A DNA stretch of 64,000 bases from an uncultured bacterium. GTDB lineage: Bacteria > Acidobacteriota > Aminicenantia > Aminicenantales > Saccharicenantaceae. The number at the start of each line of letters is the position of its first letter. The stretch's first letter is position 1. Location: assembly GCA_963805015.1 (NCBI GenBank), contig CAWDSL010000024.1, positions 180,408 to 244,407 on the forward strand, in the 5' to 3' direction. Below, piece after piece: positions 11,105 to 19,554 of the stretch. The notes beneath the pieces are model-generated. The model had not been told where the DNA came from and searched no databases. It saw nothing but the letters and a program-made list of their open reading frames with translations. Position numbers and translations under genes: made by a program.

Positions 11105-12999
11105 ATCAGCAGGACCCCCAGGAAGGCGACGGCCCCGATGAGGAAGGCCAGGGCATAATCGCGGAGGAGGCCGCTTTGAAGGACGTTCAGGGCCCGGCCG
11201 GCCTGCCCGGTCGCGGCCGCGGAGCCCTCGAGGGCCCCGTCGATCACCCCCAGATCGAAATGCCTGTATATCCCCTCGGAGCCGCGGACGAGCGGCCGGA
11301 CGACGAGGGTGTCGTAGGCTTCGTCGACGCGATATTTGTTGAGGAGCAGCCGGTAGATCCCGGGGAAACGATAGGCCAGCCGGGGCGGGATCTCGGGGTC
11401 GCGGCGATAGAAATAGAAGGCCAGGAATATGCCCAGAAGCGCCGAGGCCGTTGCCGCCAGTACCAGGAACGCTTCTGTCGTGAGGGTCAAGTGGTGGGAC
11501 GGGGAGTTCAAGACCCCTTCGAGGAAACGGCCGAAGCGGTCCGCCTTCTCCCCGAAGAAGACGGGCAGGCTGACATAGCCTCCCAGGACCGAGAGGAGGG
11601 CCAGTGCGACGAGCGGGACGGTCATGGCCGGCGGTGATTCGTGGATGTGCCGCCCCTCGCCGGGCTCCATCCGCTCCTCGCCGTAAAAGGTCAGGTAGAT
11701 GAGGCGGAACATGTAAAACGCGGTCAGGACGGCGCCAAGGAGTCCCAGGCCGTAGAGCACGAAATGACCACCGGCGTAGGCGCTCGTCAGGATGGCGTCC
11801 TTGGAGAAGAAGCCGGACAGGAACGGGACGCCCGAAATGGCCAGGGCGCCGGCGAGGAAGACCGGGAAGGTCACGGGCAGGCGTTTGCGGAGGCCGCCCA
11901 TCCGGCGCATGTCCTGCTCGCCGCCCAGGGCGTGGATGACGCTTCCCGCGGCGAGGAACAGCAGGCTCTTGAAGAAGGCGTGGGTGACGAGGTGGAACAT
12001 CCCCGCGGCGTAGGCGCCGATGCCGCAGCCGAGGAACATATAGCCGATCTGGGAGATCGTCGAATAGGCCAGGACGCGCTTGATGTCGTTCTGGACCAGG
12101 GCGATCGTGGCGGCGAAGACGGCCGTCGCGCCGCCGACCCACGCTACGACTGAGGAGGCCGGGACCGAGGCCGCGAACAGGCCGTTGAGCCGGCAGACCA
12201 TGTAGACGCCGGCCGTGACCATGGTCGCCGCGTGGATGAGGGCGCTGACGGGGGTCGGGCCCTCCATAGCGTCGGGCAGCCACACATGGAGCGGGATCTG
12301 GGCGGACTTGCCCGTGGCCCCGATAAAGAGGAGCACGGCCACGGCGGTGACCAGTCCCGGCGCCAGAAGACCGGCCGCCGGAGCGGCGTTGATCGCGGCG
12401 AACTCGGGGCTGCCGACCTTGGCCAGGAGGAAGAGGATGCCGACGATGAAGGCCGCGTCCCCGATCCGGTTGACGACGAAGGCCTTCATGCCGGCTCTCG
12501 AAGCGGCGGGCCGGTCGAACCAGAACCCGATCAGGAGGTAGGAACAGAGCCCGACGCCTTCCCAACCGACGAACATCAGGACGATGCCGGAGGCCATGAC
12601 CAGGACGAGCATGAAGAACATGAACAGGTTGAGAAAGGCGAAATAGCGGGCGTACCCCTTGTCTTCGGCCATGTAGGCGGATGAGTAGACGTGGATGATG
12701 AAACCCACCCCGGTGACGACGAGGGCCATGACGGCCGCGAGCTCGTCGAAGACGAAGGAGACGGGCACCTCGACCGAGCCGCTCGCGATCCAAGTCCAGA
12801 GGGTTTTCGATAGGCCGGCGGGATCCGGCCCGCGGCCGAGCAGGCGGAGGAAAGACGCGAGGGACAGGCTGAACGAGACGAGGACCGCTCCCGAAGCGAG
12901 ACCGACGATCCATTTCCGGGGGAGCCGGGGACCGGCCAGGAGGAGGGCGAACGCGCTCGCCCCGGGGACGAGGGGAATGAGCCAGAAGAGGTCGGCCAT
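11101..12999 (-). CDS. nuoL: NADH-quinone oxidoreductase subunit L
   Basis: 632 aa of the ND5 family (IPLHVWLPDAMEGPTPVSALIHAATMVTAGVY). Confidence 0.9.
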   Translation of the reverse strand: MADLFWLIPLVPGASAFALLLAGPRLPRKWIVGLASGAVLVSFSLSLASFLRLLGRGPDPAGLSKTLWTWIASGSVEVPVSFVFDELAAVMALVVTGVGFIIHVYSSAYMAEDKGYARYFAFLNLFMFFMLVLVMASGIVLMFVGWEGVGLCSYLLIGFWFDRPAASRAGMKAFVVNRIGDAAFIVGILFLLAKVGSPEFAAINAAPAAGLLAPGLVTAVAVLLFIGATGKSAQIPLHVWLPDAMEGPTPVSALIHAATMVTAGVYMVCRLNGLFAASVPASSVVAWVGGATAVFAATIALVQNDIKRVLAYSTISQIGYMFLGCGIGAYAAGMFHLVTHAFFKSLLFLAAGSVIHALGGEQDMRRMGGLRKRLPVTFPVFLAGALAISGVPFLSGFFSKDAILTSAYAGGHFVLYGLGLLGAVLTAFYMFRLIYLTFYGEERMEPGEGRHIHESPPAMTVPLVALALLSVLGGYVSLPVFFGEKADRFGRFLEGVLNSPSHHLTLTTEAFLVLAATASALLGIFLAFYFYRRDPEIPPRLAYRFPGIYRLLLNKYRVDEAYDTLVVRPLVRGSEGIYRHFDLGVIDGALEGSAAATGQAGRALNVLQSGLLRDYALAFLIGAVAFLGVLLI

Positions 13000-13000
13000 T

Positions 13001-13303
13001 CTATCCCCGCAGGTCCTTGAGGCCGTCGGTCCGGATGGACTTCCTCTGGCGGAAGACCAGCACGATGATGGCCAGCCCGATCACGGCCTCCGCCGCGGCC
13101 ACGGTGATGACGAAAAGGACGACGGCTTGGCCGGCCGCCCCGCCCCGCGATCGGGCCAGGGCCAGGAACGCGAGGTTGCCCGCGTTGAGCATGATCTCGA
13201 CGGCCATGAACTGGGTCAGCAGGTCCTTCTTGACGAAGAAGGCCAGCACTCCAAGGGCGAAGAGCAGGACCGCCAGGAACAAGAAGGCCGACGGAGGGAT
13301 CAT
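13001..13303 (-). CDS. nuoK: NADH-quinone oxidoreductase subunit K
   Basis: 100 aa, three TM helices, ND4L family. Confidence 0.85.
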   Translation of the reverse strand: MIPPSAFLFLAVLLFALGVLAFFVKKDLLTQFMAVEIMLNAGNLAFLALARSRGGAAGQAVVLFVITVAAAEAVIGLAIIVLVFRQRKSIRTDGLKDLRG

Positions 13304-13797
13304 GCCCCCTCCTTGGGGCCGGCCAGGGCCAGCGCCCCGACGAGGGCGGCCAGGATGAGCAGCGAGCTGATCTCGACGGCGTAGAGCTGGTCGGTGAAGA
13401 GGAGCCGGCCGAGCCCGGCCAGGTCGCGGCCGGCCCCCGCCTCGGGGGCGCCGCCCGTCCCGAAAAGCCTGAGGACGGCCAGGACGGTCTCACCGAGCAA
13501 GAGCAGGGCCAGTCCGGCGACCAGGGCCGTCCGCAGCTTCCTTTTTTCGGGGGGATCCGGTTGGCGCAGGTTGAACATCATCAGGGCGAAGAGGAAGAGG
13601 ACCATGATGGCCCCGGCGTAGACGAGCACCTGGACCGCCGCGGCGAACGGGGCGTCGAGCAGGCCGAAGAGGCCGCCCAGCGCGGCGAAGGCCAGGACGA
13701 GAAAGAGCGCGTTGTGGGCTTGGTTGCGGGAAACGATCATGGCCACGACCGAACCGATACACAGCAGGGACAGAACGAGGAATACGGCCCAGACCAT
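13300..13797 (-). CDS. nuoJ: NADH-quinone oxidoreductase subunit J
   Basis: 165 aa, ND6 family; overlaps nuoK (ATGA). It has its own promoter TTGACT-N17-TAAATA (minus strand, about 13813-13841) only about 13 nt upstream of the ATG. Confidence 0.8.
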   Translation of the reverse strand: MVWAVFLVLSLLCIGSVVAMIVSRNQAHNALFLVLAFAALGGLFGLLDAPFAAAVQVLVYAGAIMVLFLFALMMFNLRQPDPPEKRKLRTALVAGLALLLLGETVLAVLRLFGTGGAPEAGAGRDLAGLGRLLFTDQLYAVEISSLLILAALVGALALAGPKEGA

Positions 13798-13877
13798 GGA
13801 ATTTCGTCCCTATATTTAGTTTTCCCGGGCGATAAAGTCAAGCCCGGCGAAGGCCCCGCTCTCCGGGGGAGGGAGGC

Positions 13878-14960
13878 TCAGACGGCGAAGCGGAAGTTGA
13901 TGATGTCCCCGTCGCGGACGGGATAGGTCTTGCCCTCGAGCCGGAGGGTGCCGTCGGTCCGGCACCCGGAAATATCCCCCCGGGCGACGAACTGCTCGAA
14001 AGAAACGACCTCGGCCCGGATGAAGCCGCGCTCGATGTCGGAGTGGATGACCCCGGCCGCCCGGGTGGCCACGGTGCCGTCGCTGACGGTCCAAGCCTTG
14101 ACCTCGTCACTGCCGACGGTGAAGAAGGAGATCAGTCCCATCATCCGGTAGGCCGTGGCGATGAGCCGGTCCAGGGCGGAGCGGGTGATGCCGAAATCGG
14201 ACCGGAATCCGGCGGCATCCGCCTCGGCCAGCTGTCCGATCTCGCCCTCGATCTTGGCGGAAAGGCCGACGACGGCGGTTCGCCCGGCGTCCGCCCAATC
14301 GGCGAACGGGGCCAGGACCTCGGTCTCGCGGCGGATCTCGTCTTCGTCCAGGTTGACGACGGCGATGAGGGGTTTCTGGGTCAGGAAGCGGAAGCCGCGG
14401 AGAAGCATTTCCTCGTCGGGCGTCAGGTCGGCCCGGCGGAGGGGCGTCTCGGATTCGAGGACGGCCCGGCACTTCTCGAGGGCGGCCAGCTCCCGGACGT
14501 CCCGGTCGCTCTTCTTCGCGGCGACCTGCTTGGTCAGTTTCTCGATCCGGTTCTCGACGATCGAAAGGTCGCTCAGGAGGATCTCCGTCTCGATGGCGGC
14601 CAGGTCGCGCCGGGCGTCGACCGAGTCCATGGGGTGGGGGACCGAGGGATCGCGGAACGAGCGGACGACGGCCAGGAGGGCGTCGGCGGTCCGGAGCTTG
14701 CCCAGGAACTGCTCGCTGAAGGAGGTCTTCTTGGGATCCCCGGCGGAAAGGCCCTGGAGCTCGAGGAACTCGATGGCCGCGGCGGTCTTCTTCTTGGGCT
14801 CGAAGATGGCGGCCAGTTTCTCGAGGCGCGGATCGGGGACCTTGACCACGGCCAGGGGGTCGGTCCCTTTGGCCGAAGCCGATTCCGTGGACAAGCCGGT
14901 CAGGGCGGAGAACAGCGAGCTTTTGCCCGATTGCGGCAGGCCGACGATGCAGATCTTCAC
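13878..14960 (-). CDS. ychF: ribosome-binding ATPase YchF (Obg-family P-loop NTPase with TGS domain)
   Basis: KICIVGLPQSGKSSLFSALT P-loop; C-terminal TGS (GKTYPVRDGDIINFRFAV). The start was reassigned to GTG at 14960 with RBS AAGGAA, giving about 360 aa. The promoter is TTGAAA-N17-TATAAT on the minus strand (15031-15036 / 15008-15013 region). A weak hairpin CCCCGCTCTCCGGGG follows the stop. Confidence 0.85.
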   Translation of the reverse strand: MKICIVGLPQSGKSSLFSALTGLSTESASAKGTDPLAVVKVPDPRLEKLAAIFEPKKKTAAAIEFLELQGLSAGDPKKTSFSEQFLGKLRTADALLAVVRSFRDPSVPHPMDSVDARRDLAAIETEILLSDLSIVENRIEKLTKQVAAKKSDRDVRELAALEKCRAVLESETPLRRADLTPDEEMLLRGFRFLTQKPLIAVVNLDEDEIRRETEVLAPFADWADAGRTAVVGLSAKIEGEIGQLAEADAAGFRSDFGITRSALDRLIATAYRMMGLISFFTVGSDEVKAWTVSDGTVATRAAGVIHSDIERGFIRAEVVSFEQFVARGDISGCRTDGTLRLEGKTYPVRDGDIINFRFAV

Positions 14961-15042
14961 GTTCGTTTTCCTTCGGGGGATAAGTTCTACGAAGAAAAGG
15001 AGATGCAATTATAGCGGATTTCGCCCGGGCTTTCAAGAATCG

Positions 15043-15070
15043 TTGACATGGCGGCGGGTTCTGGTATAAT
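15043..15070 (+). promoter_or_regulatory. consensus sigma-70 promoter TTGACA-N16-TATAAT for tRNA-fMet
   Basis: Perfect -35 and -10 hexamers about 12 nt upstream of the mature tRNA 5' end; back-to-back with the ychF promoter on the opposite strand. Confidence 0.75.
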
Positions 15071-15081
15071 GACGCCGTTAT

Positions 15082-15158
<77 letters not shown>

Positions 15159-15216
15159 ACCGAATTCCCGTTCCCTTGATATACGAGGCCTCCGGCCTCT
15201 GTCCGTTCTCCCGCGC

Positions 15217-16623
15217 TCAGTCCGTCCCGACGCCGTCCCAGCAGAAGGTGCAGAGCTTCGATTTGGGCAGGCCGATGGCCGAGACCAGGTCCTCGAGCCG
15301 CTGGTAGCGCAGGGTCGTCAGGCTGAGCGTCCGCGAGATCCATTCGACCATGGCCTCGTATTCGGCGGAACCGGCCTTGGCGTATTCGGCGATATTCTTG
15401 GGCTCCGGTCCTTCCAGGGCCGCGATGGCCTTGCGGGCGGCCAGGTCCATCTCGGACCGCGAGCGCGAGAAATTCAGGTACTTGCAGCCGTAAGCGAGGG
15501 GCGGGCAGGCCGGGCGCATGTGGACCTCGACCGCCCCGAATTCATAGAGCCGCTGGATGGTGTCCTTGAGCTGGGTGCCGCGGACGATGGAGTCCTCGCA
15601 GAAGAGCATCCGCTTGCCCTGGATGATATCGCCGATGGGGATGAGCTTCATCCGGGCCACCTGGTCGCGGACGTCCTGGTTCTGGGGCATGAAGCTGCGG
15701 GCCCAGGTCGGCGTGTACTTGACGAAAGGCCGCCGGAACGGGATGCCCGCCTCGGCGGCGTAGCCCAGGCCGTGGCCGATGCCGGAGTCGGGGATGCCGG
15801 CGACCAGGTCGACCTTCACGTTGTCGTTCCGGGCCAGGAACGCGCCGCAGCGATTGCGGACGGTCTCGACGTTGATGCCCTCGTAGCTCGAAGCGGGGTA
15901 GCCGTAATAGACCCACAAGAACGAACAGATCTGGAGCTTGTCGCCCGGAGGGACCACCTGCTCGAACCCGTCCGGGGTGATCCGGACGACCTCCCCCGGT
16001 CCGAGATAGCGGTCGATCTCGTAGCCGAGGTTGGGGAACGCGCAGGTCTCCAGGGACGCCGCGCAGGCCCCCGGCTTCCGGCCGAGGACCACCGGTGTCC
16101 GGCCGTACTTGTCCCGGGCCGCCAGCAGTCCGTCTTCGGTCAGGATGAGGATCGAGCAAGATCCTTTGATCATCTCCCCGACGTGCCGGATGCCGTCCTC
16201 GAACGTGTCCTTTTGATCGATGATGGCGGCCACGAGCTCGGTCGGGTTGATCTCGCCGCCCCGCATCTCGGAGAAATGGAGGCACTTGCCCTTGAACGCC
16301 CGGGCCACGAGCTCGTCGATGTTCTTGATGACGCCGACCGTGGCGATCGAGAAGTTGCCCAGGTGGGAGCGGACGAGCAGCGGCTGGTCCTCGTAATCGC
16401 TGATGACGCCGATGCCGCGGGTGCCGTGGAGCTTGCCGATGTCCTCCCCGAACTTCGAGCGGAACTGGGCGTTCTCGATGTTGTGGATGTAGCGGACGAT
16501 GGCCGCGCCGTTGCCGACGGCCAGCCCCCCGCGCTTGGTCCCGAGGTGGGAGTGGTAATCCGTGCCGTAGAACAGGTCGTCGACGATGTCGGTCTTGCCC
16601 GCGACTCCGAAGAATCCGCCCAT
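15217..16623 (-). CDS. amidophosphoribosyltransferase (PurF)-family protein lacking the N-terminal Cys nucleophile (MGGFFGV...)
   Basis: Full-length similarity to class-II glutamine amidotransferase / PRTase PurF, including the C-terminal CTFCWDG cluster-type motif. The start is unambiguous (GGAGG-N5-ATG), yet residue 2 is Gly, not Cys. The promoter is TTGAAA-N17-TATGAT (minus strand, 16653-16681). Confidence 0.75.
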   Translation of the reverse strand: MGGFFGVAGKTDIVDDLFYGTDYHSHLGTKRGGLAVGNGAAIVRYIHNIENAQFRSKFGEDIGKLHGTRGIGVISDYEDQPLLVRSHLGNFSIATVGVIKNIDELVARAFKGKCLHFSEMRGGEINPTELVAAIIDQKDTFEDGIRHVGEMIKGSCSILILTEDGLLAARDKYGRTPVVLGRKPGACAASLETCAFPNLGYEIDRYLGPGEVVRITPDGFEQVVPPGDKLQICSFLWVYYGYPASSYEGINVETVRNRCGAFLARNDNVKVDLVAGIPDSGIGHGLGYAAEAGIPFRRPFVKYTPTWARSFMPQNQDVRDQVARMKLIPIGDIIQGKRMLFCEDSIVRGTQLKDTIQRLYEFGAVEVHMRPACPPLAYGCKYLNFSRSRSEMDLAARKAIAALEGPEPKNIAEYAKAGSAEYEAMVEWISRTLSLTTLRYQRLEDLVSAIGLPKSKLCTFCWDGVGTD

Positions 16624-16710
16624 GACGCCTCCTTCCCGGGAATATGCGGGTCATCATAACACCGCCCCCGGTCCGTTTCAATCACGAATAGCTCGGGGAA
16701 TACGGAGGTG

Positions 16711-16802
16711 GAGTTGAACGCCGGCGGATTCCCGGGACATGACCCGATTCTCCCGAATCGGGATCGTGTCCCAGGGACATCCGGAAGCGGAGTTGAACGC
16801 CG
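16711..16802. promoter_or_regulatory. divergent control region: direct repeats GGAGTTGAACGCCG (16711-16724, 16789-16802) flanking a 46-nt interrupted palindrome (16731-16776)
   Basis: The palindrome is CCCGGGACA-tga-CCCGATTC-tccc-GAATCGGG-atcg-TGTCCCAGGG. It lies between the purF-like promoter and the pepP start, and the second repeat carries a -35-like TTGAAC. Confidence 0.5.
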
Positions 16803-16850
16803 CGGGAATATCTGTTATATCCATCTTCAGTCCATCCCGAGGAGGTCGAC

Positions 16851-18239
16851 ATGTTCAAAGCCGCCACCTACGTCGAGAGACGGAAGCTTCTGAGGAAGTC
16901 CGTGGGCTCGGGCCTGATGCTGTTCCTCGCCAACGAGGAGAGCCCGATGAACTACGCGGCCAACACCTACCACTACCGTCAGGACAGCACCTTCCTCTAT
17001 TTCTTCGGACTGTCGTCCCCCGGCCTGGCGGCCATCGTCGACGCCGACCAGAGCACCGACACGCTCTACGGCGACGACATCGGCATCGAGGACATCATCT
17101 GGATGGGCAATCTGCCCAAGCTCAAGGACAGGGCCCTCTCCGTCGGGGTCCGCAAAGTCGCGCCCCGGGCCGCCTTCGAGGAGACCGTGCGCCGGGCCCT
17201 GGCCGCCGGCCGGCCCGTCCACTTCCTGCCTCCCTACAGGCCCGACGCCAAGATCGCCCTGAGCGAGCTCCTGGGCGTCCCGGTCAAGGACCTCAGGGCC
17301 AAGGCCTCCCAAGCGTTCATCAAGGCCTCGGTCGACCAGCGCATCCTCAAATCCAAGGAAGAGATCCGCGAGATCGAGACGGCCGTGGCCGTGAGCCGGG
17401 AGATGTACATTTCCGCGATGCAGCTGGCCAAGCCCGGCCGCTACGAATACCAGGTCTCAGGGGCCATGGAGGGCATCGCCCTGTCCTACGGCATGCACCT
17501 GGCCTTCCCGCCCATCGTCACCATCAACGGCCAGACGCTGCACATGCACGAGCACGACAACCTGCTCGTCAAGGGGCGCCTCCTGGTCCTGGATTGCGGC
17601 GCGGAGGCGCCCAGCGGCTACGCGTCCGATATCACCCGGTCCGTGCCCGTGGGCGGCAAGTTCAACGCCCGGCAGAAGGCCGTCTACGAGATCGTCCTGG
17701 CCGGCCAGGAATCGGCCATCCGGTCGATCAAGCCCGGAGTCAACTTCAAGGACATTCACCTCCAGACAGCCCGGATCATGGCCGATGGCCTGAAGGGCCT
17801 CGGCCTGATGAAGGGTGACACCGGCGCGGCGGTCGAGGCCGGCGCCCACGCCCTGTTCTTCCCGCACGGCCTCGGCCACAACCTCGGCCTCGACGTCCAC
17901 GACATGGAGGACTATGGCGAGAACCATGTCGGCTACGGCGAGAAGGTCGAGCGCAGCGCGCAGTTCGGCCTGGCCTACCTGCGGATGGCCCGCGAGCTCA
18001 AGCCCGGGCACGTCCTGACCGTCGAGCCCGGCCTCTATTTCATCCCGGCCCTCTACGCCCTCTGGCGGAAGGAGAAGAAGCACCGGGACTTCATCGTCTA
18101 CGACGCGGTCGAGAAGTTCCTCGATTTCGGCGGGGCCCGCATCGAGGACGACGTCCTGGTCACCGAGAAGGGCCGCCGGGTCCTCGGCCCGCCCATCCCC
18201 AGGACCGTCGCCGAGGTCGAGAAGGCCTGCCGCGCTTGA
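16851..18239 (+). CDS. M24 family Xaa-Pro aminopeptidase / prolidase (creatinase-fold)
   Basis: 462 aa; HGLGHNLGLDVHD metal-binding motif and VEPGLY; RBS GGAGG. Confidence 0.85.
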   Translation: MFKAATYVERRKLLRKSVGSGLMLFLANEESPMNYAANTYHYRQDSTFLYFFGLSSPGLAAIVDADQSTDTLYGDDIGIEDIIWMGNLPKLKDRALSVGVRKVAPRAAFEETVRRALAAGRPVHFLPPYRPDAKIALSELLGVPVKDLRAKASQAFIKASVDQRILKSKEEIREIETAVAVSREMYISAMQLAKPGRYEYQVSGAMEGIALSYGMHLAFPPIVTINGQTLHMHEHDNLLVKGRLLVLDCGAEAPSGYASDITRSVPVGGKFNARQKAVYEIVLAGQESAIRSIKPGVNFKDIHLQTARIMADGLKGLGLMKGDTGAAVEAGAHALFFPHGLGHNLGLDVHDMEDYGENHVGYGEKVERSAQFGLAYLRMARELKPGHVLTVEPGLYFIPALYALWRKEKKHRDFIVYDAVEKFLDFGGARIEDDVLVTEKGRRVLGPPIPRTVAEVEKACRA

Positions 18240-19078
18240 GGATCGCCCTCGTCCAGCAGCACGCGTCCGGCGATCCGGCCGAGAACAGGGCCCGGGGCCG
18301 GGCCGCCTACCTCGAGGCCGCCCGGGCCGGGGCGAACGTCATTGCCTTCGCCGAGCTGGCCTTCACGCGTTTCTATCCCCAGGTCCCGGCCTCGGCCGGG
18401 AGCCCGTCGCTGGCCGAGACCGTCCCGGGCCCCACGACGGATCTCTTTTGCGCCTTGGCCCGGGAGACCGGCACGGTCGCCGTCCTCAATCTGTTCGAGC
18501 GGGACGGGGACCGGACCTTCGATTCCTCGCCGGTCGTCGACGCCGACGGCTCGATCCGGGGCGTCACCCGCATGGTCCATATCATGGAGGGACCGGGCTT
18601 CCACGAGCGGGGCTATTACGCGCCCGGCGACCGCCCGACCTTCGTCCACGCGACGGCGGCGGGCCGGATCGGTGTGGCCATCTGCTACGACCGCCACTTC
18701 CCCGAATACATGCGCGGGCTGAGGCTCCTCGGCGCGGAGATCGTCGTCGTGCCCCAGGCCGGAGCGGCGGGGGAATGGACCGAGGGCATCTTCGAGGCCG
18801 AGCTCCAGGTGGCCGCCTTCCAGAACGGCTATTACGCCGCCCTGGTCAACCGGGTGGGCCGGGAGGACGCGCTCGAGTTCGCCGGCGAATCCTACGTGGT
18901 CGAACCCGACGGCCGGATCGTGGCCCGGGCGCCGCGCGGCCGGGACCACATCCTCTACGCCGATTGCGACTTCGCCAAAAACGCCGCGTCGCACGCGGCC
19001 CGGCACTTCCTCGCGGACCGCAGGCCCGGCGTCTACCGCGACATGGGCCTCGCGGGCGAGGGACCGGAGGACCTCTGA
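18236..19078 (+). CDS. carbon-nitrogen hydrolase (nitrilase superfamily; N-carbamoyl-amino-acid amidohydrolase-like)
   Basis: E-K-C triad context (FAELAF..., VAICYDRHFPE); TTG start overlapping the pepP stop (TTGA); 280 aa. Confidence 0.75.
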   Translation: MRIALVQQHASGDPAENRARGRAAYLEAARAGANVIAFAELAFTRFYPQVPASAGSPSLAETVPGPTTDLFCALARETGTVAVLNLFERDGDRTFDSSPVVDADGSIRGVTRMVHIMEGPGFHERGYYAPGDRPTFVHATAAGRIGVAICYDRHFPEYMRGLRLLGAEIVVVPQAGAAGEWTEGIFEAELQVAAFQNGYYAALVNRVGREDALEFAGESYVVEPDGRIVARAPRGRDHILYADCDFAKNAASHAARHFLADRRPGVYRDMGLAGEGPEDL

Positions 19079-19554
19079 TGCTCCGCTGGTATGTCATCAA
19101 CACCAAGCCCAAGAAAGAGAGCCAGGTCGAGCGACTCTTCGTCGAGGGCGGATTCAACATCTACTGCCCCAAGTACTTGCACGAGAAGCGCGTCGGCCCC
19201 TTCTTCCCGGGCTACGCCTTCCTGCGCTTCGAGTTCCCCGAGCAGTTCCAGCTCGTGAAATACACCCGGGGGGTCAAGCGCGTCGTCGGCAAGGATGACG
19301 GCCCGACGGCCATCCCGGACCAGGTCGTGGACGGCATCCGGGAGCGGGAACGGGACGGGCTCATCGTCTTCGAGAGGTACGGCGAGGAGCCGGGCCCGGG
19401 CGACGAGATCGAGGTCGTGGAAGGGCCGCTCAAGGGGCTCCGGGGCGTCTTCCGCAAGGAGCTCGGCGCGAGCGAGCGGGTGATGATCCTCCTGAACTAC
19501 GTCTCCTACCAGGGCATGCTTCTCATCGAAAAGGACAAGCTGAAGAAGGCCTAG
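19078..19554 (+). CDS. NusG-family specialised paralog (RfaH-like: short NGN domain + KOW)
   Basis: 158 aa; WYVINTKPKKE...FFPGYAFLRFEF NGN motifs and a C-terminal PGDEIEVVEGPLKGLRGVF KOW segment. It aligns with E. coli RfaH rather than NusG and lacks the NusG insertion. The ATG overlaps the preceding stop (TGATG). Confidence 0.7.
   Translation: MLRWYVINTKPKKESQVERLFVEGGFNIYCPKYLHEKRVGPFFPGYAFLRFEFPEQFQLVKYTRGVKRVVGKDDGPTAIPDQVVDGIRERERDGLIVFERYGEEPGPGDEIEVVEGPLKGLRGVFRKELGASERVMILLNYVSYQGMLLIEKDKLKKA

Noticed and set aside
9545-12913. 1122-aa ORF suggesting a giant NuoM
   Set aside because: Only the C-terminal 519 aa are NuoM. The N-terminal 600 codons overlap nuoL in another frame and are Arg/Pro/Gly junk. 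The start was set at the ATG that overlaps the nuoL stop.
15159-15216. Integrated mobile element or integrase at the tRNA-fMet 3' end
   Set aside because: Only 58 nt separate the tRNA from the purF-like gene. There is no integrase and no direct repeat of the tRNA 3' end, and GC content is normal.
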